DNA from: Candidatus Omnitrophota bacterium
GTDB taxonomy: Bacteria; Omnitrophota; Gorgyraeia; Gygaellales; Profunditerraquicolaceae
Direction: 5' to 3'
Length of the DNA: 64,000 nt
Assembly: GCA_041650835.1 (NCBI GenBank)
Contig: JBAZKL010000003.1
Location: 35,682-99,681, forward strand
Below the pieces are notes generated by a model, which was not told the origin of the DNA, made no database searches, and saw nothing but the letters and a program-made list of their open reading frames with translations. The stretch's first letter is position 1. Every line of letters starts with the position of its first letter. Positions 1 to 8,707 of this stretch are shown piece after piece. A program made the translations under genes and the position numbers.

Positions 1-59
1 CTTAATAGTTCACATTTGAACTATATATTAATATATCATCAGGCTACGCAGAAGTCAAA

Positions 60-360
60 TTATTTTTGCTGCAGAAAGCAGCACACCCGCGCAGTACTGC
101 CGCAGAAAAGCGGTATACCCAGCCATTCCAATGAGGCTGGGTGCGATTAGCGCGGGGTGCAAGCAGAAAGCGGTACACCTGCACAGAAAGTGCGCACTTG
201 CTTTTCCAATAAAGCAAGGTGCGGTGCAACACCGCCGCAGCAAGCGGAGTACCCAGCCACACCAATAAGGCTGGGTGCTATAAACACCGGGTGTTGCGCC
301 AGAAAGGCGCACACCCGCGCAATACCTATAAGCGCGGGGTGTTCGCCAGCACCCCAGCTT
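60..360. repeat. array of ~5 REP-like hairpin units downstream of the oxidoreductase gene
   Basis: units gcagaaagc-(c)acacc-stem-YYCCAATAAG-stem; stems cccagcc/ggctggg, cttgc/gcaag, cgcgc/gcgcg covary. Confidence 0.6.
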
Positions 361-1516
361 AAGAGGAGTGCAGGGAGAATCCTTTCTGGCCGGGAAAGAA
401 ATCAGCAACCATCCCCTTGACCATCAAGGCAATTGCCAGGGATGCAGTCAGCCCCGGAGACTCTATACCGACTAAATTAATGAACCCACAAAGCCCTTTA
501 TCGGATTCATCACGAATAATAAAATCACGGAACCCCTCATTCGGCCCTTGGAGCTTCGGCCTCATTCCCGAGCTATCAACCGTTATATCTTCCAGGCTGA
601 TAAAAGGGAGGAAGGAACGCACACTCTCATAGAAAACTTTGCATTTATCCGCAGGAACATTGTAATCTATGGCGCCGACATATTCCGCGTCCGGCCCTAA
701 CCGCAGAGAACCGGACAGATCGAGCGTCGCATGCACGCCTAAGCAACCGGAATGCTCTTTACGCGGGACCGGATAGACCAAATGGCTGATAAACCTCCCT
801 TTATTGTTATGCACACGGCAATAATCCCCCTTACAATACTTTAATTTATATTCATCGCCCGCTACTCCTGCCATCGCAGAGATCTTATCGGAAAATAATC
901 CTGCCGCATTAATCACAACCCGGGAAAAAAACGTAAAATTACCGTCGGGCTTATCGAGGACAGTGACCGCGAAGCCTTCCCCCTCACCGGCTATAGCCGT
1001 CACTTCGGTATTATACGCGAATTGGACATGCCGCTGGCGCGCGCGCATCTGGAGCTCCTGCATGAACCGGTGAGAATCAATAATACCCGTGGCAGCGGAA
1101 CATATCGCGGCCTCCGCTTTGATATTCGGCTCGGCAGCTTTTACCTGCGCTTGCCCTAACCAACTGAGCCCTTCCACATTATTCGCTAATCCCTGTTTAT
1201 ACAGATTTTCCAGATCCAGCACCTCTTGAGGGCTCACCGCAACGATCAATTTCCCTGTTCTTTTATGAGGGACCGCGTGCTCCCGGCAAAACGCGTAAAG
1301 CAATTCTCTGCCCTCGACACAGGTCTTCGCTTTCAATGAATCTGACGGATAGTACATTCCCCCGTGGATCACTTCGCTATTACGGGAACTGGTCTCCTGG
1401 CCGAACTTCGGATGCCGTTCGACCACAAGAACATTCCGGCCGTCCTTTGAAAGCTCAAAGGCAAGCGCCAAGCCGATCACCCCGGCGCCAATAATGGTAA
1501 TATCGACTTTTTCCAT
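359..1516 (-). CDS. FAD-dependent oxidoreductase (L-2-hydroxyglutarate oxidase LhgO-like / glycerol-3-phosphate dehydrogenase family)
   Basis: N-terminal dinucleotide-binding motif IIGAGVIGLALAFEL, full-length 385 aa ORF. Confidence 0.7.
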   Translation of the reverse strand: MEKVDITIIGAGVIGLALAFELSKDGRNVLVVERHPKFGQETSSRNSEVIHGGMYYPSDSLKAKTCVEGRELLYAFCREHAVPHKRTGKLIVAVSPQEVLDLENLYKQGLANNVEGLSWLGQAQVKAAEPNIKAEAAICSAATGIIDSHRFMQELQMRARQRHVQFAYNTEVTAIAGEGEGFAVTVLDKPDGNFTFFSRVVINAAGLFSDKISAMAGVAGDEYKLKYCKGDYCRVHNNKGRFISHLVYPVPRKEHSGCLGVHATLDLSGSLRLGPDAEYVGAIDYNVPADKCKVFYESVRSFLPFISLEDITVDSSGMRPKLQGPNEGFRDFIIRDESDKGLCGFINLVGIESPGLTASLAIALMVKGMVADFFPGQKGFSLHSS

Positions 1517-1614
1517 ATTTTGATTGTTCGCAGCAACCGCATCCGGGATAAAACAACAGTATTACACAAACACACCGCAAGCGACGCCGCAAGACCCGTA
1601 TTCCCTGTTTTTGA

Positions 1615-2940
1615 TCAGATTAAATGCAGATATGCTTTACCTTCTTTTAAAGGGCTGATAAAACGTTCTATTTTAATAGTATATTTGATCGGCTTTAAAT
1701 CAATCAGCTCCTTTGAAGGTCTGGGGGCGATGATTTCAACCTTAGGATTAAAGATATCATCCTCATTTTCTTCCCTGACAACAGCGATACTTCCGTCACT
1801 TAATGCCACCAGCGTGCCGATCGGCCAAACGCCCATATTTCTATAAAAAGCGTCGAAAAGCTTCGGTTCAAAGCCAAAGCCCCTGTCCTTTTGCATGATC
1901 TCATAGATCACCGGCGGCGGATAATCATTCTTATAGGAACGCCGCTGCATCAACGCGTCATAAACGTCACAGAGCGATACCAAAAGCGAAACGAAATGCG
2001 GCGGCCGCCCGAATGACAATTTAGGATACCCTTTTAAATTATATTTCAAGTGATGTTCGTAAGCGACAATAACGGGAAGGAACCCCAAGGTATCGACATA
2101 TTTCAACAATATCTCGGAACCGACAGTTACATGATTAGTGATCTTACTGAATTCTTCGGAAGTCAATTTATCCGGCTTTTGAATGATCTTGCGGGAGATA
2201 TAGAGCTTACCGATATCGTGGAAAAGAGCGGCGATGCCGATATCCAGAACATCCTCCCGGTCAAAGCCGAGCTTCGTGGAAAAATACATGGAAAGAATAG
2301 AAACATTTAAAACATGACGGAACGTCGTTATATCATAGCGCTTGACCGCGGTCAACTTTAAAAGGTCATGGAATTGGCCCATCAAACCTTCCATCATGTT
2401 CAAAAGGTTGAATTTCAGGTCAAAAGGATCCACTTCCTGGCCGGAAAGTAACGCTTCCATGCTCTGCGTGACATTATCCAAAGAACTATCGTAAGCCTGC
2501 GCCGCGTTAACAGCCCCTCCCAGGAATTCGGGAGTGCCGTGTATTTTACCGACCGAAATATTCTTGACCCCCGCGAGCGATAAATACTCCTGAACGGTTT
2601 TCGTGAATTCCTCTTTCCGTAAAAGCAGGATATCGATAAACGCCATTAATTCCTGCCGGCTCATGAGGTAACGGAAGGCTATTCTTTCGATCTTTCGGTC
2701 TTTAAAATAAGAAATGATGGGTTTGACGCGCTTAGTCAGCTCGAAGAATATTTCCTTCTCAAAAACAAGTTCATCCCCAACGATACCGATGACTATTTCT
2801 TCTTTCTCGCGCAAAACCCCCTGCATGCTCTCAAAAGCGACGTCAAAATATTTCTTGAACCGGGGATGCGCGGTAGCATAAAGCTTTGCCACCTCTACAG
2901 CGGTCAAGAAAGTTGCGAATGCTGCTTCAACATTATTCAC
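1615..2940 (-). CDS. HD-GYP domain c-di-GMP phosphodiesterase
   Basis: HDIGK ... HHLKYNLKGYP motifs (HD and GYP) in the 441 aa ORF. Confidence 0.75.
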   Translation of the reverse strand: MNNVEAAFATFLTAVEVAKLYATAHPRFKKYFDVAFESMQGVLREKEEIVIGIVGDELVFEKEIFFELTKRVKPIISYFKDRKIERIAFRYLMSRQELMAFIDILLLRKEEFTKTVQEYLSLAGVKNISVGKIHGTPEFLGGAVNAAQAYDSSLDNVTQSMEALLSGQEVDPFDLKFNLLNMMEGLMGQFHDLLKLTAVKRYDITTFRHVLNVSILSMYFSTKLGFDREDVLDIGIAALFHDIGKLYISRKIIQKPDKLTSEEFSKITNHVTVGSEILLKYVDTLGFLPVIVAYEHHLKYNLKGYPKLSFGRPPHFVSLLVSLCDVYDALMQRRSYKNDYPPPVIYEIMQKDRGFGFEPKLFDAFYRNMGVWPIGTLVALSDGSIAVVREENEDDIFNPKVEIIAPRPSKELIDLKPIKYTIKIERFISPLKEGKAYLHLI

Positions 2941-4885
2941 GCTGCCACCTTTTTAAAAGCTCCCGGGTTTTTTTCCGGATGCCCGACCCGCCCCAAACCC
3001 AGCGCTTCCCCAAAAAAGCCAAATAACCCTTTGCCTCCCGGATATCAAGCTCCTCGATAAGGATCAGGCTCTCCATAACGGTCTTATTTTCCTTTCCCCA
3101 GAAATGAGGAAAGACAAAAATCTTATCCAGGGCTTTTTTTGCCGTCGCAGGGTCTTTAAGCAATATCTGTAAAGCTTCTTTCTTCAACAGGATATCCTGC
3201 CCCTCAAGGATAGAAAAGAAATATTCTTTATCAAAAACGGGCAGGCGCCCGAGGGCCTGTAATGCTTCAGACTTCATCAGCGCGTTTGATTTTGAAAAAA
3301 TATATTTCAGGATCTCCTGGGCCAAGGGCGATTGGACAAAGACCAATGCTTCAACGACCTTGCCGATCACCTCCAGATCAGCCGCTTTTTTATCCAGCTC
3401 CTCATAAAAATGAGGCAGTTGATCAGGGAAGAATTTCAGGAAAAACCTCAGGACGTACGCGTTGATAAGGCCTTCTTTAAACATCTTATCGAGGTAAAAC
3501 GGAGAATTCATCACGCTTTCCCGGATGAAAGGTATCAAGTAGTCGAAATCAGTCGGGACATTCTCCTGAAAAACGATATTCTCCACGGAATGCATGATAC
3601 GCTTACGCAGCATTTCCGATTCCGGCACCCAAAAAGGGCCTGTCTTTTCCTTTTCAACCAGGACTTCCAGGATAGAGCTGATATACTCCCATTCATTTGC
3701 CTTCACCGAAAGCTCAAATTCATTCGCTATTTTTTCTAAAATAAGCTGCAATTTCTTTACATCGGCCTCGCTGGTAAGCAAATTAAGCAAGATCAACCGG
3801 TAGTGCGTGTTCAACGTATCCTGCTCCAGCCTGAATTCTTTATCCCGCATCGTGTTTTCCAAGACCACAGAAAGCGCGTGGCGGTAGACCTCAGGGATAT
3901 ATTGATTCTCTTCGGTTGAAAAAAGAGCCTTGATCTTATTGCGCAGGCGGACATTCCCCTTTAAAGCATCAACGTTCTTCGCTTTTTGCTCAATCACGGC
4001 CGCGACTTCCGCGTGTTTGGAATTATTGACCAACTGCGAAAACAATTGAAAGCTCATAGCGTCAAAAGAATGGTCGGAAGTCATTTGGTCCCATAACGCG
4101 TCAGCCAGATTGCTTTCGCTTAAATCCTTAAACAACGCTTTTATTTCATCCGCGCTGTACTTCTTAGTAACTTCTTTATCGTTTAAGATCAACTTTAAAA
4201 GCCCCTTCGAGCAACCGGCAAACCGGTTTCCCTCCTTATCATTTTCTTTGATATATCCGAAGAATTCTTTTACGTTCTTATTAAGGGCCGTGTCTTCAAA
4301 TAGATCTTTGACCTTGAATTTACCGACGATCCTTTCAAAATTATTCGCCGCGTTAGCGATCTTCTGCGGGTCACGCTTATTCATCGCGTCGCGGAATAAA
4401 TATATCCAAATATCTTTACATTCTTCTCCCTCGCTTTTAAGCAATTGGGAAAAATCAAGCTCTTCAACAAGCACATGGCTGATCTTTTCCTGGTCAAGTA
4501 TGTTCTGCAATCCGCCTGAACGTATGATATCACGCGCGGACATAGCCATCTTGGAAAGAAAGACGATAAGCTCCTCAAGGGTTACCCCGGGGCGGATCTC
4601 CAGCCCCTGGATCTTACGGGCGTGAAAGACCAAAGTGATCTCGTTCGAAAGGGCCGCGTAGGTAATAATAAGCCCTTCCACGAACACGGAAGTATCGCTA
4701 AAATTGACCTTTATCGGGTTTGCGTAGTTCAAAAGTTCTTCGATCTTGCCTTTAAGAGCCTCTACTGACTTTATATAATAGGGATGCTCTTGAAAATAAG
4801 CTGAGGCGTTATTAAAAGCGACTTTTAAACTTTTAAAGAATTCAAGATAGGCGGTTTCTTTGTCCATAATAATACTTACCCTCAT
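2933..4885 (-). CDS. hypothetical alpha-helical (HEAT-repeat-like) protein, co-transcribed with HD-GYP (8-nt overlap)
   Basis: long ORF, helical-repeat-like composition, no recognisable catalytic motif. Confidence 0.45.
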   Translation of the reverse strand: MRVSIIMDKETAYLEFFKSLKVAFNNASAYFQEHPYYIKSVEALKGKIEELLNYANPIKVNFSDTSVFVEGLIITYAALSNEITLVFHARKIQGLEIRPGVTLEELIVFLSKMAMSARDIIRSGGLQNILDQEKISHVLVEELDFSQLLKSEGEECKDIWIYLFRDAMNKRDPQKIANAANNFERIVGKFKVKDLFEDTALNKNVKEFFGYIKENDKEGNRFAGCSKGLLKLILNDKEVTKKYSADEIKALFKDLSESNLADALWDQMTSDHSFDAMSFQLFSQLVNNSKHAEVAAVIEQKAKNVDALKGNVRLRNKIKALFSTEENQYIPEVYRHALSVVLENTMRDKEFRLEQDTLNTHYRLILLNLLTSEADVKKLQLILEKIANEFELSVKANEWEYISSILEVLVEKEKTGPFWVPESEMLRKRIMHSVENIVFQENVPTDFDYLIPFIRESVMNSPFYLDKMFKEGLINAYVLRFFLKFFPDQLPHFYEELDKKAADLEVIGKVVEALVFVQSPLAQEILKYIFSKSNALMKSEALQALGRLPVFDKEYFFSILEGQDILLKKEALQILLKDPATAKKALDKIFVFPHFWGKENKTVMESLILIEELDIREAKGYLAFLGKRWVWGGSGIRKKTRELLKRWQRE

Positions 4886-5077
4886 ATTTTCAATATTTTA
4901 CAGCGAAAATGCTTTTTATACAATGAGAAAATTATCGAGCATCAGTTCTTAACTTTGCCTGCCGCTCTACAGAAAACCGATAACCGAAGGCACGAAGACA
5001 CGATACTCTTTACTAATTTCTTAAAAATAGTATAATATAGGAATAAACCTTTCAACCTTAATTACATCCGTAAAACA

Positions 5078-6019
5078 ATGTCTAAAAAGATTATTATCGG
5101 CGTAGGGATCCCTTTAGAAACAGTGGAGAACTTAAAAAAACAATTCGATCCCGAAGAATTTGAATTTGTAAACTTTCCCAGCGCCCAGGAACTTATTAAG
5201 AACATTAACACCTATACTGACATAAATCTTATTTTTGTCTATAATCAGCTTCCCGACCTTAAAGACTGCCAGGAGCTCTGCATAGCCCTGCGCTCGGAAA
5301 CGAATACCGAAACGGTCCCCATCATAGTGCTTTCCCATATGGAGAAAAACCAGGAAGAAAAGATAAAAATGCTCAAAAGCGGCCTGGTTGACGGCTACCT
5401 GCATTATCTGGTAAGCCCCGAAGAACTTACCGCCTATGCCAATGTTTTCCTGCAGCGCCAGGCGCTCGAAGATGAACTTGAGGAAAAAAACGAGCTCTTA
5501 AGCACTCTCTCCAACACGGATGAATTAACAAAACTATTTAACCGCCGCTACCTTATTCAACGCCTGGAAGAAGAACTTAAACGGATTCAGAGGTATAACT
5601 ATCCTCTTTCCTGTATTATGCTTGATCTAGACCATTTTAAACAGGTCAATGATAAATTCGGGCATGCTCACGGGGACCTCGTCCTTGAACAATTATCGTT
5701 TTTGACAAAGAAAACAGTCCGCGCCACAGACATAGTATGCCGCTACGGAGGGGAAGAAATTGTTATCGTCCTGCCCTATACCAATTATGACGGCGCCTAT
5801 ATCGTTGCCAGAAGACTGCGTAAGCGCGTTGAAGAATACGCGTTCGGGACCATTGATAAATCTTTGGAGTTGACCATCAGTATCGGACTGATAACCGTCG
5901 ATAATAATGACCGCGTGGATATCGACACGCTCCTGCAAGTCCTGGACCAGCAATTATACGAAGCAAAGAACACCGGGCGCAACAAAACCTGCGGCGGCCT
6001 TTATAAAGACAAGAAATGA
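5078..6019 (+). CDS. diguanylate cyclase (GGDEF) with degenerate N-terminal receiver-like domain
   Basis: RYGGEEIVIVLP (GGEEF) motif; candidate promoter ...TTTACT-N16-TATAAT... at ~5010-5036. Confidence 0.8.
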   Translation: MSKKIIIGVGIPLETVENLKKQFDPEEFEFVNFPSAQELIKNINTYTDINLIFVYNQLPDLKDCQELCIALRSETNTETVPIIVLSHMEKNQEEKIKMLKSGLVDGYLHYLVSPEELTAYANVFLQRQALEDELEEKNELLSTLSNTDELTKLFNRRYLIQRLEEELKRIQRYNYPLSCIMLDLDHFKQVNDKFGHAHGDLVLEQLSFLTKKTVRATDIVCRYGGEEIVIVLPYTNYDGAYIVARRLRKRVEEYAFGTIDKSLELTISIGLITVDNNDRVDIDTLLQVLDQQLYEAKNTGRNKTCGGLYKDKK

Positions 6020-6030
6020 CCCGATGAGAT

Positions 6031-6073
6031 AAAAAAACCCCGTAAGGACTATCTCCTTACGGGGTTTTTTTTA
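6031..6073. terminator. bidirectional intrinsic terminator between GGDEF gene and secreted-protein gene
   Basis: aaaaaaa-ccccgtaaggactatctccttacgggg-tttttttt. Confidence 0.8.
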
Positions 6074-6074
6074 C

Positions 6075-6150
6075 TGCAGAAAGCCTACCTGCCGGTAGGC
6101 AGGCAGCACACACCGCCATCCCTATAAGCGCGGGATGTAAGCAGAAAACC
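6075..6150. repeat. REP-like units including cctacctgccggtaggcagg palindrome
   Basis: ctgcagaaagcctacctgccggtaggcaggcagcacacaccgccatccctataagcgcgggatg. Confidence 0.5.
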
Positions 6151-6159
6151 GTAATGTTT

Positions 6160-6915
6160 TTATGGAGCATACATCTGCATCATATAGAAATCAGGCACCG
6201 GGGAAGGTTCTAAAGGCGGCGAAAAAGCCCCGTATCCTTCCGGTGGATTTTCACGGTCAAACGGATGGGTATTAAGCGCGTCCCACGGCTGCTCTTCGTC
6301 AAAGACAGGGCCGTGCTGTTTACTATCATTAGGCAGCGGGAATGTGACTAAATCAAAAACTCCTGAAATAATCCGGGCTACCGGATAAATAACCGCTTTG
6401 CCGATCCCCTTAACAATCGTTAACGCAGAATTTTGCTGTTCTGCCTTATTAAGCTGACCCGGGATCTCAACTATCCCTGCGAAGGTATTAACAACCCCGC
6501 GGGCTAATTTTTCGCCGACAGGAGCAACTCCCTGCTGATGGATCGAATATGTGGAGCCTTTTTCCCAGGCATACTCGCTATCTAAAGGAATCCCGATACC
6601 CTCGTTATCGGCATGATCGGGTAAAAGACATGTCGCCAACTGATAAACTCCGGAAGCGGTCCGGCCGATACCATGAAAAATACCCCTTAAAATACCCGCT
6701 ACCCCTCCCAAAAGCTTATTATTCCCCTCTTCTGCGATACCGCTTTCAAATCCTTTAATAACTTGAAAAGGTACTTCCAGCCACCCGGTAAACGTATTAA
6801 TCACTCCATGCTTAGCTTTGGACGCGGAAGATGCCAAATACGTTGATCCTTGAGCAAAAACCGGTAAAGAAAACAAAAAACAAAAAAGAACTAAAAAAAC
6901 GGGTATTCTCTTCAT
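6160..6915 (-). CDS. secreted protein with two GxxNTFxGxxExPxQ repeats (tentatively like exosortase-associated TIGR04073-type proteins)
   Basis: signal peptide MKRIPVFLVLFCFLFSLPVFA; internal repeats HGVINTFTGWLEVPFQV / RGVVNTFAGIVEIPGQL. Confidence 0.5.
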   Translation of the reverse strand: MKRIPVFLVLFCFLFSLPVFAQGSTYLASSASKAKHGVINTFTGWLEVPFQVIKGFESGIAEEGNNKLLGGVAGILRGIFHGIGRTASGVYQLATCLLPDHADNEGIGIPLDSEYAWEKGSTYSIHQQGVAPVGEKLARGVVNTFAGIVEIPGQLNKAEQQNSALTIVKGIGKAVIYPVARIISGVFDLVTFPLPNDSKQHGPVFDEEQPWDALNTHPFDRENPPEGYGAFSPPLEPSPVPDFYMMQMYAP

Positions 6916-7069
6916 TTCTGCCTCCTTTGTATATTAGATGAATTCCACTGATAAATCCTGTAAAAACCGATATATTTAAAGTATAACACAATTTGGGGAA
7001 GCTGTAAAGGTAAGGGAACAAACTTAATAAACAGCTGACAAAGCATGTTTTGAACAACACATTAAGAAA

Positions 7070-7192
7070 GTCTAAAGTATAAAGACTCAATAACAAAGGA
7101 AGGTTAAAGAATAAAGGTTTAATTTTAAAATTTAACCTTTATTCTTTGGGTTTCCTTTGTTTTTTAAGCTTTAGACTTTTAAATTAACGTTA
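7070..7192. repeat. AT-rich ~130-bp palindromic element (copy 1 of 4)
   Basis: gtctaaagtataaagactcaataacaaaggaaggttaaagaataaaggtttaatttt | aaaatttaacctttattctttgggtttcctttg... Confidence 0.55.
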
Positions 7193-7220
7193 TATCTACT
7201 TATTAAGGTAAAACAAGATA

Positions 7221-8678
7221 TTACAATACCGGCAGATTTGATCTTCCCATCAGGTAAGTATCGATATGGTAGGCGGCGCGCCTTCCTTCCGCGATAGCCC
7301 AAACTATCAGAGACTGCCCGCGCCGGGCGTCTCCCGCGGCAAATACCCCTTTTGCTGCCGTTTTAAACTGCTGATCCGCCAGGATATTACCCCGCTGATC
7401 AAAAGATACTCCCAATGCCTCTAACAAGGGGTTATATTCCACATGTAAAAAACCTAAAGCCAGAATAACCAGGTCGGCCTCTATCTCAAACTCACTGCCT
7501 TTTATTTCTTGTATAACCGGACACCCCTGGGTATCCTTACCATGGGTAACCCTGACACAGGAAAGTTTTTTTACAGCGCCTTTTTCACCGGTAAATTTCT
7601 TAGTCGAAACTGCCCAGTCGCGCTGCCCGCCCTCTTCATGGCTCGTTGAAGTTTTAAGCAGCAGAGGATACTTTGGCCACGGCATGGAGGCAGTCCGGCA
7701 ATCAGGAGGCATAGGGAACAGCTCTATCTGCACCACACAGGCAGCTTTCTGCCTATGAGCTACACCCACGCAATCAGCCCCGGTATCTCCTCCTCCGATA
7801 ACCACTACCTTCTTACCGCGGGCATCAATGGTTTTTTCTTGAGGAATATCCCCGCCGGCAACCCGCTTATTTGATTGCACCAGGTAATCCATGGCAAAAT
7901 GTATTCCGGTGAGGTTTCTTCCTTCTATTGCTAAATCCCGGGGGGTTCGGCTGCCCATAGTAAGAGAAACCGCGTCAAATTCTTTCTTAATATCCGCAAC
8001 ACAGGCTTTATCAATAAGATCCACGCTTGTCTTAAAAACAACCCCTTCTTTCTTTAAAACGCTGACTCTTCGGCTCATGATCTTTTTATCCAGCTTAAAA
8101 TCCGGGATCCCATAAGTAAGAATGCCTCCGATGGCATCATCCTTCTCGAATACGACCACCCGGTGTCCGGCTTTATTCAATTGGTCAGCGCATGCAAGGC
8201 CGGCAGGTCCTGAACCGATAACCGCGACTTTCTTACCGGTACGCTTTTGAGGAGGCTGCGGCTTGACAAACCCATGAGCAAACGCGTATTCAACGACCGC
8301 TAATTCATTTTCACGGATAGTCACCGGATCATCATTAATACCCAACACGCAGGAAAATTCGCAGAGCGCAGGGCAGATCCTGCCGGTTATTTCAGGAAGG
8401 TTATTCGTCGCCTGCAGCATTTCGTATGCTTTTTTCCATTGCCCGCGATGGATCAGGTCATTCCACTCGGGTATATAATTTCCCACCGGGCAGCCCCAAT
8501 GGCAAAAGGGAATCCCGCAATCCATGCAGCGCGACGCCTGTTCTTTTGAATGAATTTCAGGACGAATAAGCGCTACTTCATCAAAATCATGCACTCGTTC
8601 ACACACCGGCCTGTATGCTGATTTCTGGCGCTTTATTTTTAAAAACCCTTTTATATCACCCATACCTATCCCCCTCAA
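7221..8678 (-). CDS. gltD: glutamate synthase small subunit (NADPH-dependent, beta chain)
   Basis: FeS motif CHWGCPVGNYIPEWN...CPALCEFSC, two Rossmann motifs GSGPAGL / GGGDTG. Confidence 0.9.
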   Translation of the reverse strand: MRGIGMGDIKGFLKIKRQKSAYRPVCERVHDFDEVALIRPEIHSKEQASRCMDCGIPFCHWGCPVGNYIPEWNDLIHRGQWKKAYEMLQATNNLPEITGRICPALCEFSCVLGINDDPVTIRENELAVVEYAFAHGFVKPQPPQKRTGKKVAVIGSGPAGLACADQLNKAGHRVVVFEKDDAIGGILTYGIPDFKLDKKIMSRRVSVLKKEGVVFKTSVDLIDKACVADIKKEFDAVSLTMGSRTPRDLAIEGRNLTGIHFAMDYLVQSNKRVAGGDIPQEKTIDARGKKVVVIGGGDTGADCVGVAHRQKAACVVQIELFPMPPDCRTASMPWPKYPLLLKTSTSHEEGGQRDWAVSTKKFTGEKGAVKKLSCVRVTHGKDTQGCPVIQEIKGSEFEIEADLVILALGFLHVEYNPLLEALGVSFDQRGNILADQQFKTAAKGVFAAGDARRGQSLIVWAIAEGRRAAYHIDTYLMGRSNLPVL

Positions 8679-8707
8679 CCCTCAACGCTCTATGCTAAAC
8701 GCTCGCG

